A stretch of 64,000 nucleotides of DNA, from positions 3,241,324-3,305,323 of the forward strand of contig BDGG01000001.1 in assembly GCA_001949185.1 (NCBI GenBank), read 5' to 3'. The number at the start of each line of letters is the position of its first letter. Position 1 is the stretch's first letter. This document shows, in pieces, positions 52,219 to 64,000 of this stretch. The translations under genes and the position numbers were made by a program. The DNA comes from Ramazzottius varieornatus (Eukaryota > Animalia > Tardigrada). The notes beneath the pieces were generated by a model, which had not been told where the DNA came from, ran no database searches, and saw nothing but the letters and a program-made list of their open reading frames with translations.

Positions 52219-53607
52219 TATGAGCGTAAAGTCGATCTCATCCTGTTCATCTCCGCTATCAACTATACGGCCTCAAACTTCTTACGCAACATGATTATCT
52301 TTCAGATCCGTGACCTGCGGGGAGCACCCACCTAGTTGTTGTAGTAACCCACGTGAAACACACGGTGATCACCGTCACTTGTGGAATATTCCGAATATTC
52401 GCGATCTAAATGACCGAAAATACAACGAAGCGTACCGTCGTATGCGCCAACTTCTTTTGAGAATCTTGCAAAATTCTGAGAAAATTCCACGACGAGGCAA
52501 TCGTTCATTCTGATTATACCCACGTCATGTTACTTCATTTACAAAGGTCCTTATCGACATGTCTGGGTGAATCAGATATGCCGTTAAAATTTGTGTAGCA
52601 AGACAAATCTCGCGACAGCTTCAGGTAGTACACGGACAACCTGATAATCCGATAAAAACCCAATTGTTGTCTGCTATACACAAGAGCCCTCGATATTCTC
52701 ACAGATGATTAAAAGTCCGAAGACTGTCGAGCCCTTGCCGAAGACCCTCAAAATTCCTACTGCGTTGCCTTTTGCCGCGCGACCACGCGCTTACTGTACT
52801 TACAACAGCGGTCCTTTCTTCCTATCAACTGCGTTGATTGTTCCTTATGCAATATCACCGAACGTTACAATCATCTTTACCGATTCACTGAAACTTACAC
52901 AAAGACAAGTCCACAAGACTTTGTTCAGAAGGGCTCATCCTGATAGGTGTTATACTAACTAGTTCACTGCTGTACGTACTTGCGAGAATATAAACACAAA
53001 TGTTGGGCCCCATCTGGGGAGCGTGGTACCTGAAACCTCTTCGTTTTCGTCACATCCTCAAAACTTCGCCTCGCCATGACTTATCATGAGCCGGACGACG
53101 CAGTATCCTTTTCACGTAAGTGGGCCTTGGGCAACAGCAGCATGATTGATATGGACGGTATAAAGTCTGTCGGAAGTGAGTCGGTACTATTGCGGCGCTC
53201 TACTTTGTGCTTGATCACTGTAATTTGCTGAATAAAGTGATTGCATCGTTCCACTGGAAACTCTAAGAGAATTTTATTCTACGCAATGCAAAAGCCGGTC
53301 GACTACAGCGAACACTGCCGCTAAGTTCTTGGGTGTGGCTATTTCTACATGACGCAGTCTGACTTTGTCATCCGCTGCACGTTCCTTCATTGTTCACACG
53401 GTGTGACTAAACTGCAAGCCCCTCAATTATTATCGCTGAAATGCACGATTTTCATGTTTGTTTTTACAAAGACGCATAGCATTGAAAATTCCACTGTGCT
53501 GGCCATACTTTGATCGGTTAACAACGTTCAGCACATCTGCTGGCCATTCCTTTGCACATCTTTAGATTGCGCCGATTGAACGAGTAAAACCTACCGTTTC
53601 GGCTAGA

Positions 53608-54622
53608 ATGCAAGACTTGCTGGCTGACATTCTTCTCGAACCTCTTCCTTATCCCAATGTCTGGATCAACGATGTGTACTGGACACCGTCGCTTTGGCAA
53701 ACCATCGAATGCGAGGCCGGATGCAATAAAAGCTCTTTATCGGATTATAACATCACGGACTGGGACAACAATGAGGACCTGGTCGTTCTCGGAGAACGTA
53801 TTCGCCGTGTATTCCATGTCAGAGAAAGTCTCTGCCATTCCCCTATCCATCAGGTACTGAAAACTCGAAACCTCATAGAAAGCTCGCTTCAGAAAAATAC
53901 TCATCAGATTTTTATCACATTGTTAACATTGTTAAAGTTGGGACCTAGCAAACAAACTCAACAAGATTGTGTCTCAAAGTGGCGCGTTCTTCCAGGTACT
54001 AACACTGACAACGTGCGCTACTTGGGAAGACAATCTTGCAGAGTTTGTTTGGTGGGTTTCCACTTTCGTCTGAAATCTCAGAGAAAATGCTTCCATCCAT
54101 GAGAACTGTTCCGTATCTGCCCTTTTTAAAGTTACAAAAAACCAGCGTTCCTATTAGATTCATAAGCTCGAGCTGGACAGGAGTCTTCCGAGCTCGGAGG
54201 ACGATTGCCTGTTGACCACGCCCATGGACAGTACACCGAGCTCGCCGATATCGTGCGGAAGCTCTTCTACGGAGTCTTCGCGATCGAATTCCCTTAACTC
54301 ATCACCAAGAAATTCTCCCGATATTCACACTTCCAAAGAATTCAAGTTCTTCCAGTGTCCACACCCATCCTGTGGGAAGACCTACTCAAAGAACTCACAT
54401 CTTCGTGCCCACCAAAGACGTCATACGGGAGAGAAACCCTTTGTCTGCACGTGGTCAAACTGCAGTTGGCGATTCAGTCGAAGTGACGAGCTAGCTCGCC
54501 ACAAAAGATCACATTCCGGTGTCAAGCCTTACAATTGCAACCTTTGTCAAAAACGGTTCTCTCGATCGGACCACCTATCCAAACACATGAAAATACATCG
54601 AAAAAGAGGCGAAATTCCATAA
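53608..54622 (+). CDS. KLF15: Kruppel-like factor, KLF15 type
   Basis: Three C2H2 fingers [29 protein letters not shown] / [29 protein letters not shown] / [21 protein letters not shown]. The RRHTGEKP and RSHSGVKP linkers are KLF15-like. Exons 53608-53853 and 54158-54622. Confidence 0.85.
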
Positions 54623-55323
54623 TCCAAACACATTGCTGCCAAATTCCAAAAATTAACTGCTTAAATTCAGAATTTGCTCAACGGGAAGCATGCTGGAGAA
54701 TGTAAGCCGTGTTTCCCTTTCACAAAACTGCTCAAGTTAACTTATGTTCCTTTCCAAAACTGTTCTGTTTGTCGCAATATTTTTGTACTCTGCATCTATT
54801 TCGTTTTTCACAAGGAGAATTTTACGTCACTACAGTATGTGGACACTGTGACACATTGTTTTAGCAATAATTATCATCAGTCAGAAAATAACCTGTGCCA
54901 AATACGCTCCAGTCAGGTTTGCTCAACGCACTGAATCAATGTGACACAGAAAAGTCGGCAGTCAGCACTTTGCCAACAGGGGGTTCACAAAAAGACTTCC
55001 GCTCACAATCGGCTCATCAGAAAAATGATGAGTTTTAGGATAGTACGGAAGACAAGCGCAAGAGATCTTTTCAACACGAACTCCGCAACCTCGGGAGTAG
55101 TTCACCACAAACTATCATTTCGAGACCTCATAAGACGCGCACGTGTTCAGTGCGAACACAGAGCGTATCTGAGATAACTCTTTTGACAAGTACGACGCCA
55201 CTTCGTCCTGTAGAAGATACGGAAGTTCGCGTGTCAGCTCGTTTAGGTCAACTCGTCCACACGGATAAGGGGGGAAGCTGACAAACTTACATCTCGCTAC
55301 CGATAATCTCACCTGTTGGCTGT

Positions 55324-57352
55324 TTACTTCACAAGTGGGGCAGTCGGTGTCGGCACCGTCGGTTTCTTCTTCTTGGCTTGCGGTTCTGCTGTTTTGGGCG
55401 CGGGCTTGATTATCTTCTTATCCGACTTCTCGGAAGTGCTGTATTCCGGCACGGATTCCACTTTGTTGCGAAACTTGGCCAGGTGCGCCGTAAACAGTAC
55501 TGAAAGCACGGAAGATAATGATAACAGTTACGAACAACCAAAGCAAGACAAAAAGTTTTGGAAATGACCAGTCACCCCTAAACTGAATCTGACCGAAGCA
55601 CGAACTACTGTTAGTCCTCGTTAACATCGTGCGATCTCACATAATAAGAGATGTGATATGGCGATTCTTTCAAGGTCAGAAAAGAGGTCTTCCGTGTCGC
55701 GGCGGAAAACTTTGCTGACCGAATTACAGACGGCGATGAACAATCTCAAAGACGTTCAATACATCGTAGAGAACCTTCCACACATTCAGCATCAATGCCA
55801 GCTTTCACCTGTGACCCATCCATATCGGCAGAAAAACAAATAGCTAGTCATTATTATTTTCGAACGAGCTCAAGGTCTCATTTCTGATCAGGCTGGGACC
55901 TATCGTACAGCATCAGAGTACCGGTCCGGGGCCTGCGCTACCACAATCCAAAAGCCGCCGCCGTCGTCGAGTTCTGCCTTAACAAGAACACCGTTTCCAC
56001 AGCGTTTGCAGGGACCTCAATTAACTCCCTGAACGTAGAGCTTTGTATCTATCTTTTTCCTAACGACAACAGCATCGCATAGCCATTTGAAATTTGGAGT
56101 TAACCATTCGTTGTTTACCAGCGATTACAAATCGAATATGGTCCATACCTGAATGCGCCCATCCTGCCTTGTCGCCGAACTTCTTTCGATAGAAGTCCCC
56201 TATCGTATCGTAGACGGCAGGTGTGACTGATTTCATACCCCGTAACGCAGGCATGTAGTGTTCGCTGGTCAAGGCGAAGACGTGAGTGTCCACAGGTACT
56301 GCGCCGGAGTGTCCCAGTGACATTAGGCAGATGCAGTCGGCTACTTTGGCACCTATTCCAGGTAACTGCATCAGAAGGGACTTTGCCGTGGGATAATCGG
56401 CCTTCTGTACCTGGTCCATCCACTCCGAATTCCTGCAAGATCAAGAAAACCATTACCAGTCGATTTCAAAGTTGAGAATTCAGACTCACTGTAGTATGAA
56501 CTGTGCGGACTTCTGGACGAAGGCAGCTCGGTATCCAAAGCCCAGTTTTCTCAGCTCGACTTCGCTACTCTCTTCAGCCAGCTTCGAGACTTCGGGGAAG
56601 CACGAGTACACCATGCCGTCAAGTACACAAAGTGGCCTTCCGAACTTGGAGCACATCTTCCCAACCATCTGCTGGATCCGGGTGACGTTGTTGTTGCTTG
56701 AGCAAAGGAAGGAGAACAGGTTCTCGATGAAGTCTTGGTTGAGCACCCTTATTCCTGGGTAAGAGGCGGCAACGGTTTTGAAGCGTTCATCCAGTCTCGA
56801 CCATTTCTTGTAGCAGTCTACGAGCGAGTCATTCAGACCGAAATACTTTCTAAATATGGAGGAATAGAGGGTCTTTCTGGCTATCGTTGCTTTGTGAGGA
56901 TTCTGTAAGAAAAGTCCCTCGTCATGTCGTAGCAGCCGCAAGGGCAATCCTTAGCGTTTCAGAAAAACGAATACGATCTAAAGCTGAACTTTCACTCACA
57001 TTTTCCATGCTCTTTTTCTTGAGCTGGCCAGCGTCCAGAAGTGACTGAATGATTTCTTCGTCTTTCTCGGGCGAAGGTAATGGAAGAATTTCGCATTCGA
57101 TGGAGACGTCCGTCTGCTTCAACCTCCATACGTTTTCTTGTATAACGCCGATCCAATGTCCTGTTGTCGTCTTGTTCCACCTAGAAATAATCTGCGCGTT
57201 AGTTGTTGATCAGCGACGACAAAGCATGATGTTTCACACGATCGATCTTACCTGAAAGTTTGTCCTCCAGCTAAGACATAGTCCAATTTGACCTCTTCCG
57301 GTCGAGTAGCAATGGTCAGCAACGTTCCACCAGCATAAACGTCCAAGGCCAT
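55324..57352 (-). CDS. OGG1: 8-oxoguanine DNA glycosylase/AP lyase
   Basis: LAGGQTFRW, GIRVLNQDFIENLFSFLCSSNNNVTRI, LRKLGFGYRA, HhH-GPD LPGIGAKVADCICLMSL...VPVDTHV (catalytic K and D present), AGWAHSVLF. Confidence 0.95.
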
Positions 57353-58027
57353 CTTTAAAGCACACAACCCTCAGGCTGAACGCTTGTGCGCAAACGCTTA
57401 GACCGAAACTGTGGGTCACGAGAGCCAGGTATTTTAGGGAGACGAATCTTGATCCGAGTTTGCTATGCAGACGAGGACGACATCGACATGTAGTGGGCAC
57501 CAGAGCTGCGTTGTTCTTGGGATACGGCGTAGACGCAAGATCTCATTAACCCTGGCTATCGGGATAGGTTGGAACTGGACGCCAAGATCTGGAAGCAGAT
57601 TCTCGAATGTGGATGGCTACAAATGGGAAACTGGAAGTTGTGGAGTGACTCTGGACCAGTTAACTTAACGCGATGAGTGATGACTCATGGTCCAGTCATG
57701 GATAACAGTGAAGGCTTAACACAAATAAAAAACATATGACGTCGTTGTTGCGTAATCTTGTCCCACTAGAACGTAGAAACTGTCAATCAAGGGTATGGCC
57801 ACGTGACAAGTGCGAAAGGATGATCAAGCAGAGCCGCAATTTCGTGATGATATTGTGACGTCAACCAGCGTTTTGTCTCTTGCGGCTTGCCGTTCTGCAT
57901 TTCGCTCATCACAAATCTGGCATCTTCTCACCAAGAACTTTTCTCTGCTCTTCTGGCTCTTCTTCTACGGTTCTACCTGTTCCTGGACGTTGATTTATCT
58001 TATTCAGTGTATCTTCGTGAGTTTAGC
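57353..58027. promoter_or_regulatory. Shared head-to-head promoter region of OGG1 and CCT4
   Basis: Divergent starts about 675 bp apart; contains the E-box CACGTGAC (57800), the CRE TGACGTCA (about 57856) and the AP-1 site TGACTCA (about 57681). Confidence 0.45.
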
Positions 58028-60591
58028 ATGGCAGCGGTAATGAAACCTCAAACATACGCCTCAGTGGCATCCACCAAGACTGCGTATAAGGACAAGCAGA
58101 AGCCGACGGATATCCGACTGTCCAACATCCAGGCTGGAAAGAGTAAGTCGTCTTGACTCGGTAAGAGTATGAGTCAAAGATCAATGTAAGTCTCTTATAG
58201 GTGTTGCTGATGCCATCCGAACCAGTCTGGGACCTCGGGGTATGGACAAGATGATCCAGCAGGGTAAAGGCTCGGTGACGATCACTAACGATGGCGCTAC
58301 CATCTTGAAACAGATGAAAGTGCTCCATCCCGCAGCCCAAATGGTACGTGGAAGTTACACTAGAGGCCGTCATGTGTTTGCGACTATGGAGAAATAGTTT
58401 AAGAAGAAGAGCTTTCTGATCATTATCTGTTCTTTGTAGTTGGTGGAGCTGTCCCAAGCGCAGGATGTTCAAGCCGGTGACGGAACAACATCGGTTGTTG
58501 TTGTGGCTGGATCGCTGCTGGAGGCAGCTGCAAAACTTCTGGGTCGAGGTAGGGGACAGAGAATATGCAGAATATGTGAGCGCACTGTGAGGCTTCATGG
58601 TTCTGTTATAGGACTGCATCCGACTGTCATCTCGGAAGCGTTCCAGCACGCTGCCGAAGTTAGCGTTAATATCTTGAAGAACATGTCGCAGGCGGTCGAT
58701 CTGAAGGATCGCGCGCAGTTAATCAAGATTGCCAAGACGTCCTTGAACTCAAAGGTGCCGTGCATAAATTTAGGACTATTGAAATATCGTGAGGACTAAC
58801 GAGTGTGGAGATTATAATTATTCACTTCCGGGGTATTAGGTTGTTTCCCAATATTCCGATCAGCTCGCACCCATTGCCGTTGATGCCGTCCTGAAAGTTG
58901 TCGATCCCTCGCAGCCGACGGTTGTAGATCTGAAGGACATTAAAATCATCCAGACTCTAGGGTGAGCCTACAGTAAGATCCCTGTCGATTTCATCCCGAT
59001 CACATTTAGTGGTCGATACAGAGGTTGACATGACTTCCGGCGGACAACTTCCGATGTGAATATGAACTGTAACTATAATGCTACCCCTTACAGTGCTACT
59101 GTGGACGAAAGTGAGCTGGTCGAAGGTATGGTGCTGACGCAGAAAACACAGGGACCACCAGATGCTCCACGTCGAGTTGAGAAGGCCAAGATTGGACTCA
59201 TCCAGTTTTGCTTGTCACCACCTAAGACTGATGTGAGCCATGATCTTTGGACTGTGGTTCCGCTTAGCATTCGCTCTTACCGTTTTCCTCTTTCGCTAGA
59301 TGGAAAATCAAGTCATCGTTTCCGACTACACTCAAATGGACCGAATCCTGCGAGAGGAACGGGCCTATCTGCTGAATATCGTCAAGCAAATCAAGAAAGC
59401 CAACTGCAACGTACTTCTCATCCAGAAGAGTATCCTGCGGTGAGTATGCCTGATTTTAGAATGACTGTCAAATGACGACACTGTTTCTCCCAAAGCTAGA
59501 ACTTTTTTTTTGATCCAGGGACGCTGTGAGCGACATGGCTTTGCATTACCTGGCTAAGATGAAGATCATGGTTGTTAAAGACATCGAGCGAGAGGACATC
59601 GAGTTTATCTCAAAGGTAAGTTTACAGCAGGCAGGGTTTCTCCCAGCGCATTTTTTCGTCGTTGATTACATAAAGCGGCATAAAGCACATCATACTTTCT
59701 TCCCAATGCAGAGCCTCGGACTTCGACCAATTGCCAGCCTTGACCACTTCCTGCCTGAGCATCTCGCGTCGGCCGATATGGTCGAGCAGATCGATTCTGG
59801 CACCACCAAACTCGTCAAAGTAAGCAATCTTCCCTAACCGGAATCGAGCTTTGTTGAACAGTAAATGATTCGACCTCTTTCGCAGATTTCCGGCATCCAG
59901 AAGAAGGGTCGCACAGTGTCGGTCATCGTGCGAGGGTCCAACAAGCTAGTTATCGAAGAAGCCGAACGATCCCTCCATGACGCCCTGTGTGTCATCCGCT
60001 GTCTCGTCCGCGAAAGGTTTGTTCCGACTTCCGGAAAGAAACTTGATATACCCATTTTTGCATACCAAGGGAGCTCACATTAGTCACGTGGGGTCGTTTC
60101 GAACAGATTGCTGTTCGGACCTGGGTTTGTACTGAAGGGTGTTTATCGTAGGCATTTGATCGTCGGAGGCGGCGCGCCGGAGATTGAGCTCTCGCTACGA
60201 CTGGCTGAGTACTCGCGAACGTTGGAAGGCGCACAAGCTGTTTGTGTCCGAATGTTCGGAGAAGCCTTGGAAGTCATCCCGAGTACCCTGGCGGAGAACG
60301 CCGGCTTGAACCCTATCGAGACGGTGACGGAACTCCGAAATCGACATGCAGCCGGTGATATCCAGTCTGGTATCAACGTCAAGAAGGGCGCGGTCTCCAA
60401 CATTTACGAAGAGAATGTGGTCCAGCCTCTGCTCGTCACCACAAGCTGCATTCAGCTCGCATCGGAAACTGTACGGAGCATCCTCAAGATCGATGATATC
60501 GTAGGTCTTTTTCGCCTTTCTGCTTAATTGAAAAGATGCTGTTTAACTAAAATGCTGTTTTCTCTCTTTCCAGGTGAATGGTAGACAGTAG
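58028..60591 (+). CDS. CCT4: T-complex protein 1 subunit delta (CCT/TRiC)
   Basis: [91 protein letters not shown]; multi-exon. Confidence 0.95.
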
Positions 60592-61099
60592 ACATTGCAT
60601 TCGGGTTTTTTTTACTGTTTCGTATCCTAGTGGAATAGTTCTAACTTTATTTAGTACTCAGTAAGTCAATTTAGTCGTTTACTGTATGACTGTATGTAAG
60701 TCAGTTCCCTTGAAACGCGACTGCTAGCGTGACTAGACTCTAGACTCTAGTGGACCTTCTGCATTTTTCTTGGTCCAGCGAAGCCTTCGTAGCAAGGAGT
60801 AACGTCGAAGACCCCGCTAGTAGCACTAAGTCTTGTCTACTCATAAGAAAGTGTCTGGACAAAAGTCACAGAAAAACCCGGGACGCGTACCCCGCCACGC
60901 CGTGATACTTGGAATAAGGTGGAAAACGATGAACTATTGTCGAACGCAGCCTCGATAGCCACGACGTCCACAAACAGGTTGTCCGAGTGATCACATAGGA
61001 ATGTGATCTGGAATGAGCGACAAAGAACAAACAATATAGGTTTCGGAAATCGCCAGAAATGGACATTATCAAAGCGGCTAACCGTAAACTAAAAATCTC

Positions 61100-62023
61100 T
61101 TAATGATCTCGTCTGCTTTTCGAAGAACCTTCCTGAGCTTCTTCTCTTATGACTGTTGAAGCAGGAGCGCAATCGTTTGCAACGGAAAGATAGCGGTCCG
61201 CGACGAAGACATCTGGCTCGTAGAATTTCAAAACGGACCAGTCGCGCTGGTCGGACCGGCTCCGCGGAAGAGCAAAAGGGGAAAGATTCCGGAGGAAACC
61301 TTTTACGGTGACTGCAGTGCTCGGTAACAACTCTGTTTCCGCCTGGGCTACAGCTTTCTCCATCTCGTCCGCGAGGAACTGCGCTTGATCAACAATCTCC
61401 TACACACCAACAGCTGCCATGTAATATTTCCAGTGTTTTCCGTCAATCGAGTGATGACTCGTTACTCTTGTGACCATCGTCATTTACCTCTAGTCGGTCG
61501 ATTTTGCCATACATGCTGGAAATTTGCTGGACTGCGAGGAAGGTTTCGGGAAGAGCAGTGTTTAACAGAACCGAAGTACTATTCCGCGTTACTTCGAGAA
61601 TTTCATAGTATTCTGCCAGCATATCCAGCATCTCGTCCGCCATGCTTTCCATCTGATCCAGCTAAAAACAAACTTCATCCACTTATGCATACCAGAATCT
61701 GTGGCGACTGCGCAAAGTTTGCTAAATGACTTACGATGAGGAACTATGCTAGTGTGGCGTATACCTACCTGTTGAGTTAGTCCGAGATCGGCACGTTCCG
61801 CGTGCGAACTGCTAGTCGTGGGAGCCACAATACCGTTATACAAGCCAACTACCTCCTTGGTCAACCTATCGAGAAGGCTTGGCATCTTCTTGGGAGCTGC
61901 TTCGTGAAATTCGCGACGATGAGCAATGTTGACAGAGGGATAATCGTGGCTGACGGGTATTTCGATATCACTTGAGTCATCCTCCTCCTCTCTGGCCGAG
62001 CCGCCATTCAATATCCTCAACAT
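61100..62023 (-). CDS. BLOC1S4: BLOC-1 subunit 4 (cappuccino)-like
   Basis: Three exons (about 62023-61769, 61660-61488, 61400-61100) giving EMLDMLAEYYEILEVTRN...MYGKIDRLE...EMEKAVAQAETEL...YEPDVFVADRYL, matching the recalled cappuccino pattern (IDRLE...MEEQVTKAEAEL...LFRTEDYF). Confidence 0.75.
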
Positions 62024-64000
62024 GTCCCTTCGCTAGCTCCACCTTCAAAGCGAAACACAAACCGTAGGATCACTGCAATGTACGAACGTAAGATCTGCTT
62101 TCTTGAAGAAGCGCGGAATCATGAAATAGGAATGAACGAGCTAACTGAACTGCACTTTGATGTCGATTGATTCGACGGAAGTTGATTGCTGCGAGTTGAA
62201 GAGTAATCCACCACACGACGTTACCAACTTGACATCACTGGATAACATATGACAGATACGCGTGTACTGTCCAATAGGGGAGCAGCATGTTGTGTGACCC
62301 TCCTTCCACTGAATGGCATATTTTTCGCGGCTATATCCGTGTTCGTATGAAAGGTCTGCAGTTCATTGCGATAATCCATTCATCTTAAAATACTGCGTCA
62401 GTCTAAAAACTTCGTCTTCCAGCAGTGTTCTTTTCCCCATAAAAAGATCACACCCGTGTGTCTCCAGATTTTTTCCTATCGTGCTGATATCCATAGCGGT
62501 GAACTGGGCGACTTGGGACCTCGGTAATCTGAAATTTGACCGGCGGTCTCGATTATCGACGACGTCCTAAATTGTCCAGCTGTTGAACCCCAAGTTTCGG
62601 GGAAGCATTACAATGAGGAAATCCTGATGTACCATTTTCTGATCATGGATTGCTGTCTGGACATTGTATGGACGATGGACAAACTTCGATGCCAATCGTG
62701 TTGATTCAGGTAAGAATATTTCAGCGAGTCCAGCGGATGCGTGCGATGTTAGCCAACAGCCCGCACGTTCCAGCCATCTTATCAATGAATGAAAATCAAT
62801 GAAATATCGTTCTGTCTAGCAGTCGATGTATCGTTCTTGTCGTGTACGCCGGGTCTTCGTGACGGATTATAATCTCCTCAGAATGTAGAGGCGTTTCCTT
62901 ATTGTAAGCTTTCGTTAAATTGACATGACGCAAGAAAATTAATTGTCACGAAGAGTGCTTTCTGTATCTGGCAGACAGTTCCCACGGGCCACGCCCTGTT
63001 AAACCCTGGGTCTTCCAGTAAGTCCCGGTAATCCGGTTAATTTATCAGTTCAGTTTAAACTGATTTCGTTTAAGCAGGAATGTTGGTAGACTCTTTTAAG
63101 GGATTTGCAAATATCGAAAAAAATTCGGTGGGGCACGTTATCCTCTGTGATTTAGAAGAAATAGTACATTAGGGGAAAATGTCATTAGGACTCTAGGTAG
63201 GGCACCCGAAAATTCATTGACCTGCAACACGAGCGCGCACCGTAGAAAGCCATTGACGGCAACACGCAAGCCGTTACCTGGATTTTTTGCGTATGAAGAA
63301 AACCGGTTCGATGGTCAATATTTTTGATCGCGATGCAGAAATGCACGAAGCGAGGAAGTTTGCTCTTGGTGGAAAGTTGAGTAGATCGGTGAGTGAAGTT
63401 GGTTCGGCATGAACAACGATGCGGGCTAGTTTTAATGGTCTGTTTGCGTGACGCTCGTTTGGCTGCTGCTTCCCTGCGAGCTCTGACGAAAGTCGAAACT
63501 GATGTCGGGCAAATCGCCGGATCAGCGAATGCTTCCGTCAGCTATGCACTGCCATAAATATAATACCCGGCCCTAAATTTGCCAGGAAGAATTCTCCTGC
63601 AAAGCATGACACCACGTCACGGAGGGCAAATTTAATAAGGCTAACGGTCTGGGCTTTCGACGGCGACGTCAGGCGGTTATTTTTACGACTCTGAATTTAC
63701 AACGACAGCTTATTGTGAAAGCAACCGGCTCACTAATCATAATTTCTAACCGCACCTTTCACGCTGACTAATTCGCGGTGATATTTGTTTATTTTGCGTC
63801 CATTGTGACTTTGTGAACACCATTGACAGACGGTGAATATATTATTGAGCCCAATGCATGCAGGCACTAAATGAAAATCTCGACATTCCAAACGCTGCCC
63901 GGGCAGTTGGAGTTAACCTCCTGAAAAGAGATGGCCGAATGGTCAAACTCGAGTACAAACACCCACTAATATTCAGTCACTCTATTATGACGACTAAATA

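Noticed and set aside
53103-53111. GTATCCTTT, a perfect U12-type 5' splice site upstream of KLF15
   Set aside because: No convincing TCCTTAAC branch point with a nearby acceptor and no supported upstream exon; a single 9-mer can occur by chance.
55980-56045. Partial resemblance to the U3 snoRNA 5' region (TTTGCAGGGAC...CTGAACGTAGAGC)
   Set aside because: Spacing is wrong and no downstream C'/B/C/D boxes are present.
62980-63215. Loosely self-complementary segment upstream of BLOC1S4
   Set aside because: No definable TIR or TSD, and pairing is too weak to call.
1-64000. tRNA, rRNA, CRISPR arrays, autonomous transposase/RT ORFs, tardigrade-specific Dsup/CAHS/SAHS genes
   Set aside because: No sequence with the required signatures was recognised by eye; short RNA genes could have been missed without a covariance-model search.

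Overview
Eukaryotic (animal) DNA from a compact, gene-dense genome. Most introns are GT-AG and about 55-100 nt. The layout and the natriuretic-peptide-type receptor guanylyl cyclase suggest a tardigrade (Ramazzottius/Hypsibius-like), but this is inference only. About 16 protein-coding genes can be spliced by hand: the 5' part of an NKCC/NCC-type SLC12 transporter (-), a 557-aa protein resembling the Treslin/Sld3 core (-), LLPH (+), a class II POU factor (+), a receptor guanylyl cyclase (+), an ASK1-family MAP3K (-), CCDC97 (+), a PH+PTB Dok/IRS-like adaptor (+), GABA-B receptor subunit 1 (-), an ADAMTS-like M12B protease (-), an RGS protein (-), KLF15 (+), OGG1 (-), CCT4 (+) and BLOC1S4 (-). 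Three non-autonomous DNA transposons (MITEs) are visible. One is an 817-bp fold-back hAT-type element whose core forms a G-U-rich hairpin. No tRNA, rRNA or CRISPR array was recognised. The most interesting candidates are the miniature Treslin/Sld3-like gene, a hidden in-frame cassette exon in intracellular loop 2 of GABA-B1, the intronic fold-back hairpin, an ASK kinase lacking its SAM domain, and an octamer/MORE cluster upstream of the POU gene. All family calls come from recalled motifs, not database searches.
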